Shown piece by piece: positions 20,626 to 29,696 of a stretch of DNA of 64,000 nt. Numbering within the stretch: the first letter of the stretch is position 1; every line of letters begins with the position of its first letter. The translations under genes and the position numbers were made by a program. The stretch is from Candidatus Yanofskybacteria bacterium RIFCSPHIGHO2_02_FULL_43_17 (lineage in GTDB: Bacteria > Patescibacteriota > Minisyncoccia > 2-02-FULL-40-12 > GWA2-44-9): NCBI GenBank assembly GCA_001794435.1, contig MGJU01000013.1, positions 90,256 to 154,255 of the forward strand. The letters run 5' to 3'. Below the pieces are notes generated by a model, which saw only the letters and a list, made by a program, of their open reading frames with translations, did no database searches and was not told the origin of the DNA.

Positions 20626-21632
20626 ATGATCTTTAATATCTTTTTAATATCTATATTATCTTTGGATGAAAAGCCTTCATTGTTTTGAATTTTTTCAAAA
20701 CCATTATAAAAATATCCTTGATCAGATTTGGTAAAATCATTATTTTTTTTACTTGGAACAAGTATAAACATATCTTTGTCGGTCCATATTTCTTTGCCGT
20801 GATCATTCAGGCCCAATAAATCTTCGTGGCCCTTGTCCCCGGCGCGATCTCCTATCGTTTTAATGGATATTTTTTTCTTGGGATAATATTTTTGAATAAA
20901 AGCATCCGCCAACCCCCCCAAGCTTACAGAAGGCATTTTTAAAATAAAAACTTCCCCGCCATGGCACAGCTGAGCTGCTTTTATGGTTAATTTTATTGCT
21001 TGATTTATTGTCATAAGAAAACGAGTAGCATTTTTGTTGGTCATCTTAATATGCCTATGAGTTTCCGCTTGGTTTTTCCACATAGGAAGAACGGAGCCGC
21101 TGGACCAGGCAACATTGCCAAATCTTACGCAAGCTAATTTAATTTTACCCGTAAGAAAAAAGTTGGAATTTATCATTAGCTGTTCCATCATAAGTTTTGA
21201 TACGCCAAGAACATTCATTGGGTTGGCAACCTTGTCAGTAGATATGGCGATTATTTTCTGCACACCGCTGTGAAGCGCCGCCTCTATTATGTTATGTGAT
21301 CCTATTATATTTGTTTTTATGGCTTCTGAGGGATTATATTCACAGAAGGGCACATGCTTTAAGGCGGCGGCATGAAAAATAATATCAACTCCGTAAAAAG
21401 CTGTCTGCAACCGCTCCCTGTCCCTTATATCGCCTATCAGCATCCTAACGTTAGGAGGATATCTAAGCGACTCCAATAAATCATACTGCCGTGTTTCATT
21501 ACGAGACAAGACCCTGATCTGTTTAGGTTTGTATCTTAAAAGCTGGCGAACAAGCTCAGAACCTATGGTGCCGGTTCCCCCGGTAACCAAGATTACCTTA
21601 TCCTTGAATTCGTTTGTTTGATTATTTTCCAT
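20622..21632 (-). CDS. NDP-GlcNAc 4,6-dehydratase (PseB/LegB/CapD-like polysaccharide biosynthesis protein)
   Basis: TGGTGTIG, GDIRD, HAAALKHVP, STDKV, VRFGNV. Confidence 0.9.
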   Translation of the reverse strand: MENNQTNEFKDKVILVTGGTGTIGSELVRQLLRYKPKQIRVLSRNETRQYDLLESLRYPPNVRMLIGDIRDRERLQTAFYGVDIIFHAAALKHVPFCEYNPSEAIKTNIIGSHNIIEAALHSGVQKIIAISTDKVANPMNVLGVSKLMMEQLMINSNFFLTGKIKLACVRFGNVAWSSGSVLPMWKNQAETHRHIKMTNKNATRFLMTINQAIKLTIKAAQLCHGGEVFILKMPSVSLGGLADAFIQKYYPKKKISIKTIGDRAGDKGHEDLLGLNDHGKEIWTDKDMFILVPSKKNNDFTKSDQGYFYNGFEKIQNNEGFSSKDNIDIKKILKII

Positions 21633-22758
21633 GTTTATGTCTTAGATCTATTGCGGAAATAACCTTATTAACAATATGGTTTATGTCTTTTTCTTTCAAC
21701 CCTACATAAAAAGGGAGTGCAAGCGAGGTGCTACTTATTAATTCTGAAACAGGAAAATCTCCTTTTTTAAAACCAAATTTATCTTTATAAAAACTGAAAA
21801 GGTGGATTGATGGCAAATACGCCTTTGTGGCAATTCCCTCTTTTTGCAAATCTTCAATGATTCTGTCTCTTTTTATTTTTGGATTTTTTATTCTTATAAC
21901 ATAAACAAACCAAGAATGCGTATTATCTGCCGCAACTATCGGTATTTGAACGACATCGGCATGCTTTGAAAAATATTTGTTATACAAGTCGGCAACACCC
22001 GCTCTCTGATTTATAAGGTAGTCGAGCTTGTTTAATTGAACAACCCCCAAAGCCGCGCTAAGCTCGTCTATGCGATAATTATATCCAAGCCGCTCATGAT
22101 CAAGCCACTGCATATTTTCCGCCCGGCCTTGATTTCTTAAACTCATAAACAAACTGTGGAGTTTTTTGTTGTCAGTTACTATCATTCCGCCTTCGCCGGT
22201 CGTCATCTGCTTATTGGGGTAAAAGGCAAATACCGCTGATTCGCCGAATGTGCCGGTATTATTGCCTTTATGCGTCGCACAAATTGATTCACAGGCATCC
22301 TCCACGATTTTCAGTCTATGCTTTTTGGCAATTCTTATTATGGACGACATGTCCGCTGATTGTCCAAAAATATGAACGATAAGAATAGCTTTAGTTTTTT
22401 TGGTTATTTTTTCTTCAATTTTGCTTGGATCTAAGTTATAAGTAACCGGGTCAATATCAGCGAAAACCGGCTTAGCTCCGACATATAAAATACAATTAGC
22501 CGAAGCAACAAAGGAAAATGGGCTGGTTATGACTTCGTCACCCGGACCTATGCCGGCACCCAGCATCGCCAAATGCAGTCCAGCTGTCCCGCTTGAAACA
22601 GAACAGGCATATTTTGTGCCGATTTTCTTGGCAAATTTTTCTTCAAATTCTTTGTGTTTTGGGCCCAAGCTAAGATGGCCTGTTTTTAAAACAGCCGAGA
22701 CGGCCTCCCTTTCTTCATTACCAATATGAGGCCTTGACATCGGATAAATATTCTTCAT
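21622..22758 (-). CDS. DegT/DnrJ/EryC1/StrS sugar aminotransferase
   Basis: SSGTAGLH, EDACE, FYPNKQMTTGEGG with the catalytic Lys, LGYNYR. Confidence 0.93.
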   Translation of the reverse strand: MKNIYPMSRPHIGNEEREAVSAVLKTGHLSLGPKHKEFEEKFAKKIGTKYACSVSSGTAGLHLAMLGAGIGPGDEVITSPFSFVASANCILYVGAKPVFADIDPVTYNLDPSKIEEKITKKTKAILIVHIFGQSADMSSIIRIAKKHRLKIVEDACESICATHKGNNTGTFGESAVFAFYPNKQMTTGEGGMIVTDNKKLHSLFMSLRNQGRAENMQWLDHERLGYNYRIDELSAALGVVQLNKLDYLINQRAGVADLYNKYFSKHADVVQIPIVAADNTHSWFVYVIRIKNPKIKRDRIIEDLQKEGIATKAYLPSIHLFSFYKDKFGFKKGDFPVSELISSTSLALPFYVGLKEKDINHIVNKVISAIDLRHKHGK

Positions 22759-22813
22759 AGGATGCGAGTCAAATACTCGAATAGAATATCGATATTTCTA
22801 AGTATTGTAAATA

Positions 22814-22842
22814 TTGACAAACACCGGTTGTACTGCTAAAAT
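22814..22842 (+). promoter_or_regulatory. sigma70 promoter
   Basis: TTGACA-17 nt-TAAAAT with extended TG; GAGGGGGAG before ATG 22884. Confidence 0.75.
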
Positions 22843-22883
22843 AAATACGCTTTTCGTTCTTTAAGAAGTGAGGGGGAGTCGAG

Positions 22884-23975
22884 ATGGTGGTGCTAGCCGC
22901 ATCGCGAGATACTGGTGGAACCAATGGCGTACTGCCCGTGGCAAGAGAGCTGCAAAAAGACTTTGATGTAGTATACCTGGCCAGCGGACGAGCCATAGAG
23001 ATTCTGACTGCAAGTGGTGAAAAATTCGAAACCCTCAATTCTCCAGATGAAGTTTTGGCAAAATATCCCAATATTGCCGGATTAGTTACAAGTATGTGCT
23101 ATAGCGGAAATGCCGGTGTCGGCCGAGATTTGGTTCCCAGATTGAGAGGCCTGTGTCCGACTGTCGCTATTCAGGACTTGTGGGGAGCCCAGATGAAAAC
23201 GTCTTGGAAAGATCCCCTATATCGTCCTGACTATCTGTGCGTTAACGACCGGCTGGGATCTGAAATTGCCGTGAAGGCCTGGCCGGATTTTGAATCATCG
23301 AGAATAGTAGAAGCCGGATTCCCCGCCTTGGACAAGTACCAAAATTATGACTCTGACTTAATCGCATCGGAAGGAAGAATGGTGCTAAACATTAGAGCCG
23401 ATCTGCCGGTAGTGATGTTTGGGGGCCAAGGTGATGGCTCCGCTGAAGCTCTGGCTGAGGTTGTCGCCGCCTTGAATGAAATTGATCAGACACTTTACTT
23501 TATCCCTCGCGGTCACCCGAATATGAAAAGCGACTACGCTCACGAGGTAGAACCGTGGAACAAAGCTCTAGGTACATATAAAGGGCAAGGACTGATCAGG
23601 AATTCTCAAGACGTTAAAACGCCGGCGATTCTCGCACTTTCTTCGGTAGTTATATCCATGTATTCGACCCTTCTCCTTGAAGCAGCAGTTCTCCGTAAGC
23701 CAAACATCGCAATTCTTTATCCTGACAGCATGGCTAGATTAGAATTCGAAAGAGAAGCTGGAGGCATTCTTGATGACCCGGCCACCGTATCTCTGGGTTG
23801 TACTGCTAAGGCAACAAACAGGGATAACCTAAAAGATCTCCTTACCCAAGCCCTTAACGGAGATTTGGAACGCAAGCTGAGAAGAGAACAGGAAAAATAC
23901 CTACAGCTGGATGGTAAAAATGCCCGGCGCATAGCTGATTTCATTAGGCGGGCAATTCATCAATTTCATAACTAG
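22884..23975 (+). CDS. GT-B fold protein (CDP-glycerol phosphotransferase / nonulosonate transferase-like), standalone cassette
   Basis: DTGGTN, GFPALD, RGHP, SMYSTLLLEAAVLRKP, DGKNARRI. Confidence 0.6.
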   Translation: MVVLAASRDTGGTNGVLPVARELQKDFDVVYLASGRAIEILTASGEKFETLNSPDEVLAKYPNIAGLVTSMCYSGNAGVGRDLVPRLRGLCPTVAIQDLWGAQMKTSWKDPLYRPDYLCVNDRLGSEIAVKAWPDFESSRIVEAGFPALDKYQNYDSDLIASEGRMVLNIRADLPVVMFGGQGDGSAEALAEVVAALNEIDQTLYFIPRGHPNMKSDYAHEVEPWNKALGTYKGQGLIRNSQDVKTPAILALSSVVISMYSTLLLEAAVLRKPNIAILYPDSMARLEFEREAGGILDDPATVSLGCTAKATNRDNLKDLLTQALNGDLERKLRREQEKYLQLDGKNARRIADFIRRAIHQFHN

Positions 23976-23979
23976 AGAC

Positions 23980-24002
23980 AAAGCCATAATTTATGGCTTT
24001 TT
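23980..24002. terminator. Bidirectional terminator
   Basis: AAAGCCATAA-T-TTATGGCTTT between convergent genes. Confidence 0.7.
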
Positions 24003-24004
24003 GA

Positions 24005-24880
24005 TTACTTGTCGTCAGTCCGGCATTTAATATAATCCAGAAAACCTGCTTCCAAACTATATGCCGGTTTAAATTTCAATATGTTTTTAGCTCTATGATT
24101 GTCGTAAAGATAATGGTTTCCTATTTCTTTTTGAGTCTTTATTTTTAATTTAAAGCTGGGGTAAATACTACTGATGACTCTATCCACATCTCTAATCCTT
24201 GTTTTTATACCAGAAGACACATTAATAACCTCACCCTGCGCTTTTTTACTTTTTAGTGAAAGCAAAACGGCTTGAGCCGCATCTCTGACATAAACCATGT
24301 CCATAAATGAGCTCGGATCAACTGACAAAATTAACCGTTCCCCATCAATCGCCGCATTAATCATTTTTGGCACAATCCGTGATGGATGCATACCATGACC
24401 ATACAAATAGGTAAATCTTAAGGCCGTAAATTTGATTCCAAATTTTTCCGAATACTCCCGACAAAAACACTCGGCTAATAATTTTGACTGACCATAAAAA
24501 TTTTCTGGAACAGTTATATCGGTTTCTTTGATCGTTCCTGCCTTATGTAAATTCCCGTAAACCTCAACAGAAGAAGCCAGAATTATTCTCGGTATTTTAT
24601 TTATTCTGCATGCCTCTAAAATATTTAGAGTTCCGAGGGCGTTGATATTAAAATGTTTCTCCGCGTTATCAGTATCGGAAGTCCTGATATTGCCGGCCAA
24701 ATGAATTACGGATTTATAGCCTTTTGTTTTATTGATAACCGCCTTTTTGTCCATTATATCCAGATCCCCAAGAGAAGAAGCGGTAAAGCTAAGGCCTTTG
24801 TTCCGTAGAGTATCGGCCACATATCTGCCCAAAAAACCATCGGCGCCAGTCAGAAAAATTTTTTCTTTTCTGCTTTTCAT
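24005..24880 (-). CDS. NAD-dependent epimerase/dehydratase
   Basis: TGADGFLG, HLAG, YGQSK. Confidence 0.88.
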   Translation of the reverse strand: MKSRKEKIFLTGADGFLGRYVADTLRNKGLSFTASSLGDLDIMDKKAVINKTKGYKSVIHLAGNIRTSDTDNAEKHFNINALGTLNILEACRINKIPRIILASSVEVYGNLHKAGTIKETDITVPENFYGQSKLLAECFCREYSEKFGIKFTALRFTYLYGHGMHPSRIVPKMINAAIDGERLILSVDPSSFMDMVYVRDAAQAVLLSLKSKKAQGEVINVSSGIKTRIRDVDRVISSIYPSFKLKIKTQKEIGNHYLYDNHRAKNILKFKPAYSLEAGFLDYIKCRTDDK

Positions 24881-26548
24881 TTATATAATATTCAAATCCG
24901 AATCATGGTTTTCAAGAAAGCCTTTTTTGTTTAAGCTGGCAGGGTGGGCTTTATCTACAAACATTTCGTTCCAATACCTGAACACATATGACTCTTTGAA
25001 GCTTAATTTTTTCAGCGGCCGCCCAAAAAGCTCTTTCTGTATCAGCCAGTTTGCCACATTGAAGCCCAAGAAACTGGCCATTCCGGTCGTACCGGAAAAA
25101 CGGCAATTAATTTCAAAAATTTTGATTTTTCGCCCGTCTTTTCTTAATTGAAAATTACATGGTCCGTATAAATTAAGCTTCGACCCGACTTTAGCGATAA
25201 AATCTTCAATCCCCTTATTTTTTGCCACAACGGCTTTATAGGTATCGCCGTTCCTTAGCCATCTTTTACTGGTCATGACACCGTAATTTTTGCCTTTGTA
25301 AAAAAAGGTGCTGCACGTGTATTCTTCATTTTCATCTGACAAATACTCTTGTATTATAGGTTCTTGAATGGATGCCAGTTTTTCTAAAAATTCTTTTTTG
25401 TTACCGACAACCGAGAATCCGACTGATCTTGCACCGACTCTGGGCTTAACAATAAGCGGAAAGTCGCTTTTTTTTGAAAACTCTTCAGCTTCGTTCTTCA
25501 AGCAAGAGTCGGGATAAGGAAAACTGTTTTTCTTGAGAAATTCTACCGTTTTCCATTTATCATCGGCAATCTCAATTGATTTTTTATCGCTGACTATTAG
25601 GGTGGCTGAAGTTTGCGATTCTATTTTTTTTCTATTTTTAGCCAAAGCGGGCAATTCTATATCTGTTCCTGAAAAAATAAATCTTACTTTTTCTTTTTTA
25701 CAAATACGAATAAGCTCATTTATATAATTCTTTGAATCATATCTTGGAATTATATAGGCAGCCGAACCGCGGTAAAGTCCCGCCGCAAGAGGATCGGCAT
25801 CGGCCACTATCAGCTTAGTCCTAACCTTTGATAATTTGATCGATTTAATAATGCTTTGGCCCACACCCGCTCCGGCTCCAGTCACTAAAACAGGAACTGG
25901 GTCAGCCAGATCAAACGCGGCGTCCCCTATTTCTTTCAAATCCTTGTGCATATCGCTTCCGAAAGAAAAATTATTTATATTTCCTCTTTTAATCTCTTTT
26001 TTTACTAACAATCTTATATTTACCAGGGCGTGCTTGTTGTTGTATTCAAATTTTATCTTATTTTTGACGCAAAGATCATAAACCTCCTTAATGTATTCGG
26101 CCGGCGGATCAATGTTAAAAAATCTTTGAACCATACTGAAAGGATGGCCGAGTATATCTATCTGCTTAGATTGGGCCAAAAGCTTGGTCAACTGAAACTC
26201 TCTTTCCAAAAGCTGGGGTCCGGTCATTGTCTTAATACCGTCAAAATGATGGACACTGCCCAAAACGACTTCGGAAGCCGCTAATATTTTTTTGGTCGTA
26301 TTCAAAGTGCCATCGTCAAGAATTTTCACTTCACAGCCAATGCGTACCTTAAAATCAGAGAATTCTTTTCTGAGTTTTTTAATTTCCGAAGCATACCGCG
26401 GAAACCAATCCGTGTTTTTATCTACATGATCGGTAATAATCAAGTCCAGCTTGTCATGAAGATTATTGTATTCAAAAATCTCGCGGAGAGAATATTTTCC
26501 GTCACTGTATGTTGAATGTATTTGGTTGTCTTCAAATTTAATTTTCAC
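24881..26548 (-). CDS. PHP-domain / ATP-grasp (CarB-like) fusion protein
   Basis: N-term QIHSTYSDG, ITDH, GCE, GSVHH, GHP, GSDMH; C-term DDKW, KPR.G..S, QEYL, EINCRFSG. Confidence 0.8.
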   Translation of the reverse strand: MKIKFEDNQIHSTYSDGKYSLREIFEYNNLHDKLDLIITDHVDKNTDWFPRYASEIKKLRKEFSDFKVRIGCEVKILDDGTLNTTKKILAASEVVLGSVHHFDGIKTMTGPQLLEREFQLTKLLAQSKQIDILGHPFSMVQRFFNIDPPAEYIKEVYDLCVKNKIKFEYNNKHALVNIRLLVKKEIKRGNINNFSFGSDMHKDLKEIGDAAFDLADPVPVLVTGAGAGVGQSIIKSIKLSKVRTKLIVADADPLAAGLYRGSAAYIIPRYDSKNYINELIRICKKEKVRFIFSGTDIELPALAKNRKKIESQTSATLIVSDKKSIEIADDKWKTVEFLKKNSFPYPDSCLKNEAEEFSKKSDFPLIVKPRVGARSVGFSVVGNKKEFLEKLASIQEPIIQEYLSDENEEYTCSTFFYKGKNYGVMTSKRWLRNGDTYKAVVAKNKGIEDFIAKVGSKLNLYGPCNFQLRKDGRKIKIFEINCRFSGTTGMASFLGFNVANWLIQKELFGRPLKKLSFKESYVFRYWNEMFVDKAHPASLNKKGFLENHDSDLNII

Positions 26549-26612
26549 AAAAAGTAGAATTAGGTTTTAATTTACAAATTCTAGATTCTAATTTCTAGAT
26601 TCTAGATTCTAA
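26549..26612. repeat. Heptamer-repeat inverted array overlapping the neuC stop
   Basis: aaag tagaat tagg ... tagattc taatttc tagattc tagattc taa. Confidence 0.75.
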
Positions 26613-27695
26613 TATTGATACTACTCTTTTCGCGACCTCTCCGCCGGTGTAAATCGATTTTGTCTTTTGAAGTTTTGTTCTAAATTTATCTGAAAGCGCC
26701 AGATTAATCCCCTTCTTAATGCTTGCTTGATCATAATCGCAAAATATTACATTTGCCCCCGCTTCTCTGCCTTTCTGGCGATTACCTATATTTACAAAGG
26801 GTGTCTTCATAAAGCCGGCCTCTGTCAATCCAGAGCTAGAATTACCAATAAATATATCGCAATTTTTCATTAAGCATAAATAATCTCCCATAGCCAAGTT
26901 AGGATAAATGTGGACATCTGGCTTTTTGCTTATACTGTTTATTTTTTTTATAAAATAAGCCGCGCCTGTGTCTGAATTTGGGTAAATTATAATTTTCTCG
27001 CCATCAAGAGTTTTAAGAAAGTCAATTAAAGGATCGATTTGTCCTCTTGTTGGAATATTGTCAAAAAGCGTCGGATGCATACTAACCAAAAACCACTTTT
27101 TATTTTTATCCAGCAACATTTTCTTAGCCACAGCTTCTTTGTCCGGCATTTGGTTCGGTTGGAGGCCATTCAAACCCAGCGAACCGGCTACAAAAGTAAA
27201 TTTTGGATCTGTCCCTAATTTAATTGCGTTTTTTCGGCTTTGTATCGTTTGTACAAAATGAAACTTGGAAAAAACGGTTATGGCATTCCTTAAGTAATGA
27301 TCAACCGATGGGCCGCTTACATCTCCGCCCGAAAAATGAATTACCGGAATATTTAGATGTAAGCCGACGACTGCGCCGGCAAACGCTTCATCTCTGTCGC
27401 CAAGCACAAAAATATAATCAATCTTATCGGAAGCGCAATAATCGGCTATGCCAGAAATTTCTTTGCTCAAGGACTGAATCATGCTGTCTTTTTCCGAAAT
27501 CTTTACAATGGCAACTATGGGCATTTTATCTTTTTTTATTTCACCAAGAGTCAGTCCAAATTTCTTTAAAGCATGTATGCCGGTAGCCAGAACCTTTGGC
27601 TTCATTTTTGGGCTTTGGAACATTTGTTTTATAACCGGTTTCAACAAACCATAATCTGCTCTGGTTCCGGTAATAAATAGTATGTTTTTTCTCAT
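26595..27695 (-). CDS. neuC: UDP-N-acetylglucosamine 2-epimerase (hydrolysing), NeuC/LegG
   Basis: TGTRADYGL, LGDRDE, GGD.SG, PNSDTG, GNSSSG, NIGNRQ.GRE. Confidence 0.92.
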   Translation of the reverse strand: MRKNILFITGTRADYGLLKPVIKQMFQSPKMKPKVLATGIHALKKFGLTLGEIKKDKMPIVAIVKISEKDSMIQSLSKEISGIADYCASDKIDYIFVLGDRDEAFAGAVVGLHLNIPVIHFSGGDVSGPSVDHYLRNAITVFSKFHFVQTIQSRKNAIKLGTDPKFTFVAGSLGLNGLQPNQMPDKEAVAKKMLLDKNKKWFLVSMHPTLFDNIPTRGQIDPLIDFLKTLDGEKIIIYPNSDTGAAYFIKKINSISKKPDVHIYPNLAMGDYLCLMKNCDIFIGNSSSGLTEAGFMKTPFVNIGNRQKGREAGANVIFCDYDQASIKKGINLALSDKFRTKLQKTKSIYTGGEVAKRVVSILESRI

Positions 27696-27976
27696 CCCGT
27701 ACGAGACAGGAAACGCCTCAACCTACTTTTCAGGTAGCGTTTGCCTGTGCCTGATTTAAGATATTTTTCTCTTTGACGAGCATCATTCTCATTTCGACAC
27801 GCTTCATAATAAATGAGCTCGTATGGACCTCTATATTTTGTATATGTAGATTTCTTGTCATTGTGTTCTTTGAGACGTTTCCGTAAATCATAAGTAAAAC
27901 CCGTATAAAAATAGTTTTCTTTATTCCTTAATACATATGTATAATATATGCTTTTGCTGTCTCGTTCGGGATTCAT
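27692..27976 (-). CDS. Small GIY-YIG nuclease family protein
   Basis: YTYVL...FYTGFTYDLRKRLKEHN...LIYYEA...ARQREKYLKSG. Confidence 0.9.
   Translation of the reverse strand: MNPERDSKSIYYTYVLRNKENYFYTGFTYDLRKRLKEHNDKKSTYTKYRGPYELIYYEACRNENDARQREKYLKSGTGKRYLKSRLRRFLSRTG
27694..27972. mobile_element. Putative GIY-YIG mini-element with 16-bp terminal inverted repeats
   Basis: ATCCCGTACGAGACAG (27694-27709) vs CTGTCTCGTTCGGGAT (27957-27972), 15/16 complementary. Confidence 0.7.
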
Positions 27977-27979
27977 AGG

Positions 27980-28003
27980 AAAAATCGCCTTAAGGCGATT
28001 TTT
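27980..28003. terminator. Perfect 24-bp palindrome, terminator-like, downstream of neuB
   Basis: AAAAATCGCCTTAAGGCGATTTTT. Confidence 0.65.
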
Positions 28004-28045
28004 AAACTAACACTATTTATTATACTTGACAATCTTTACAAATTA

Positions 28046-29101
28046 TCATTTTGTGTCGCTTTTTTTGATAAGTGAATCAGCGGTAATATTCCTGGCGGCA
28101 ATACGGCCAACGATCTTATCAAATGCCTTGGGCGGCAGTCCGGTGCCGGGTCGTTTAAGATCAATATTTTTCCGAGAAAATTTTTCACCCCTCTTTATGT
28201 CTTTTGTGGCAACAATGCTCCTTCTCACCATCGGTATATACTGCAATTCATTTGGGCCCGGCTTTTTAACAGCAGAGCCCATAATCATCCCTGCTTTTCT
28301 TATTTCTTCCACGGTTTGCTTAAACAGAGCCGGATTTGCTGAAGCAGCGTGGTCTGGACCTGGAAGATTATTGTCCAGAGTAAGATGCTTCTCAATTACG
28401 CAAGCACCCAAAGCTGTCGCCATAACCGATACTTGCGAACCAAGGGTATGGTCGGAATAACCGACAAGACAAGGCAATTCTTTCATCATTGTTTGCATCG
28501 CCCTCAAATTCACTTCTTCCGGTCCGCAAGGATAATTTGTCGTACAGTGAAGAGCTATGACTTGTTCGTTCCCGGCTTTATAAATTGTTCTGACGGCCTC
28601 CTTAACTTCTGCCGTTGTGGCCATGCCTGTCCCAAGAATTATTGGCTTGCCCAATTTTGCAGCATAAGCCAAAAGCGGTAGATTGGTTAGGTCACCCGAA
28701 CCAAACTTGAATGCCGGAACACCTAGTCCTTCAAGAAGGTCTACTGAGGCAAAACTGCCGTGAGGTGTGGAGAAAAATATAATTCCTCTCTTTTTGGCAT
28801 GGGCAATTAGTTTGGGATACCAGTCATCAGGCGGAAGAAGTTTGCGAACCATCTCAAGCTGACTTTCAGATTTGCCGATATTTTTCTTCTGATACTCGGC
28901 CATCTCACCAGTTGCCGTTACCACTTGTTCAGCGTGAGCGGTCTGGAATTTTACCGCATCAGCTCCGGCATCAGCCGCCGCGTCAATCAATTTTAAGGCC
29001 AAATCAAGTTTTTGGTTATGATTAACCCCCGCTTCAGCAATTACAAAAACCGGCTGATCATAGCCAAGCTGGTGATCTCTTATTTTTATAATCTTTGTCA
29101 T
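28046..29101 (-). CDS. neuB: N-acetylneuraminate/legionaminate synthase with C-terminal SAF domain
   Basis: IAEAGVNHN, ADAVKFQ, LHCTTNYP, GYSDHT, IEKHLTLD..LPGPDH, RRSIVA...KRPGTG. Confidence 0.93.
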   Translation of the reverse strand: MTKIIKIRDHQLGYDQPVFVIAEAGVNHNQKLDLALKLIDAAADAGADAVKFQTAHAEQVVTATGEMAEYQKKNIGKSESQLEMVRKLLPPDDWYPKLIAHAKKRGIIFFSTPHGSFASVDLLEGLGVPAFKFGSGDLTNLPLLAYAAKLGKPIILGTGMATTAEVKEAVRTIYKAGNEQVIALHCTTNYPCGPEEVNLRAMQTMMKELPCLVGYSDHTLGSQVSVMATALGACVIEKHLTLDNNLPGPDHAASANPALFKQTVEEIRKAGMIMGSAVKKPGPNELQYIPMVRRSIVATKDIKRGEKFSRKNIDLKRPGTGLPPKAFDKIVGRIAARNITADSLIKKSDTK

Positions 29102-29580
29102 AATCCCTTTATTTTTTTAATTATGTTAGTTGTAGAGATGTTTTCATAACTCTTGGGGCATTTTCTGCCTAGGACAACGAATTTTACTTTGTATTTATCG
29201 GCGATATTTTTTCTTTCCGGAATTAAACTGGCATCAGAATTTACAACATAAAAATCAGGTTTTAATTTTAAAAACACCCTCTCCAGAGAATCAAATAAAT
29301 GTCCGGCTGTTTCCAAAAACACATAATCAATAATTTTAAGAGAGTCCAGCATTTTAAGCCGCATCACTTCGTTTATGATGGGATTTTTGTTTTTATAGCT
29401 TCCGACTATTTTATTGCCGCCGAGTCCAACAACCAAAATATCGCCGCGATTTTTACAATCCTCCAGAAATAAAATATGGCCGGCGTGCAGCAAGTCGAAT
29501 GTTCCCGAGCAAAAAACCATCTTCTCGTTTTTATGCTTTTCCCTTATGTCTTCAAAATCTTTAAGTTTGATAATGGCCAT
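29098..29580 (-). CDS. Cytidylyl/adenylyltransferase (TagD/RfaE-II-like)
   Basis: GTFDLLHAGH, ISTTNII. Confidence 0.85.
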   Translation of the reverse strand: MAIIKLKDFEDIREKHKNEKMVFCSGTFDLLHAGHILFLEDCKNRGDILVVGLGGNKIVGSYKNKNPIINEVMRLKMLDSLKIIDYVFLETAGHLFDSLERVFLKLKPDFYVVNSDASLIPERKNIADKYKVKFVVLGRKCPKSYENISTTNIIKKIKGL

Positions 29581-29662
29581 GATTTTATTTACCCATAGAA
29601 TACAATGGATTTTGAATTATCTCAAGAATGCTAATCCGAATGAGAACCGTGCTCTCCTAGAC

Positions 29663-29696
29663 AAGACAAAGGCCGCTATGAAGCGGCTTTTGTCTT
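29663..29696. terminator. Strong hairpin after the amidotransferase gene
   Basis: AAGACAAAGGCCGCT-ATGA-AGCGGCTTTTGTCTT. Confidence 0.6.
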
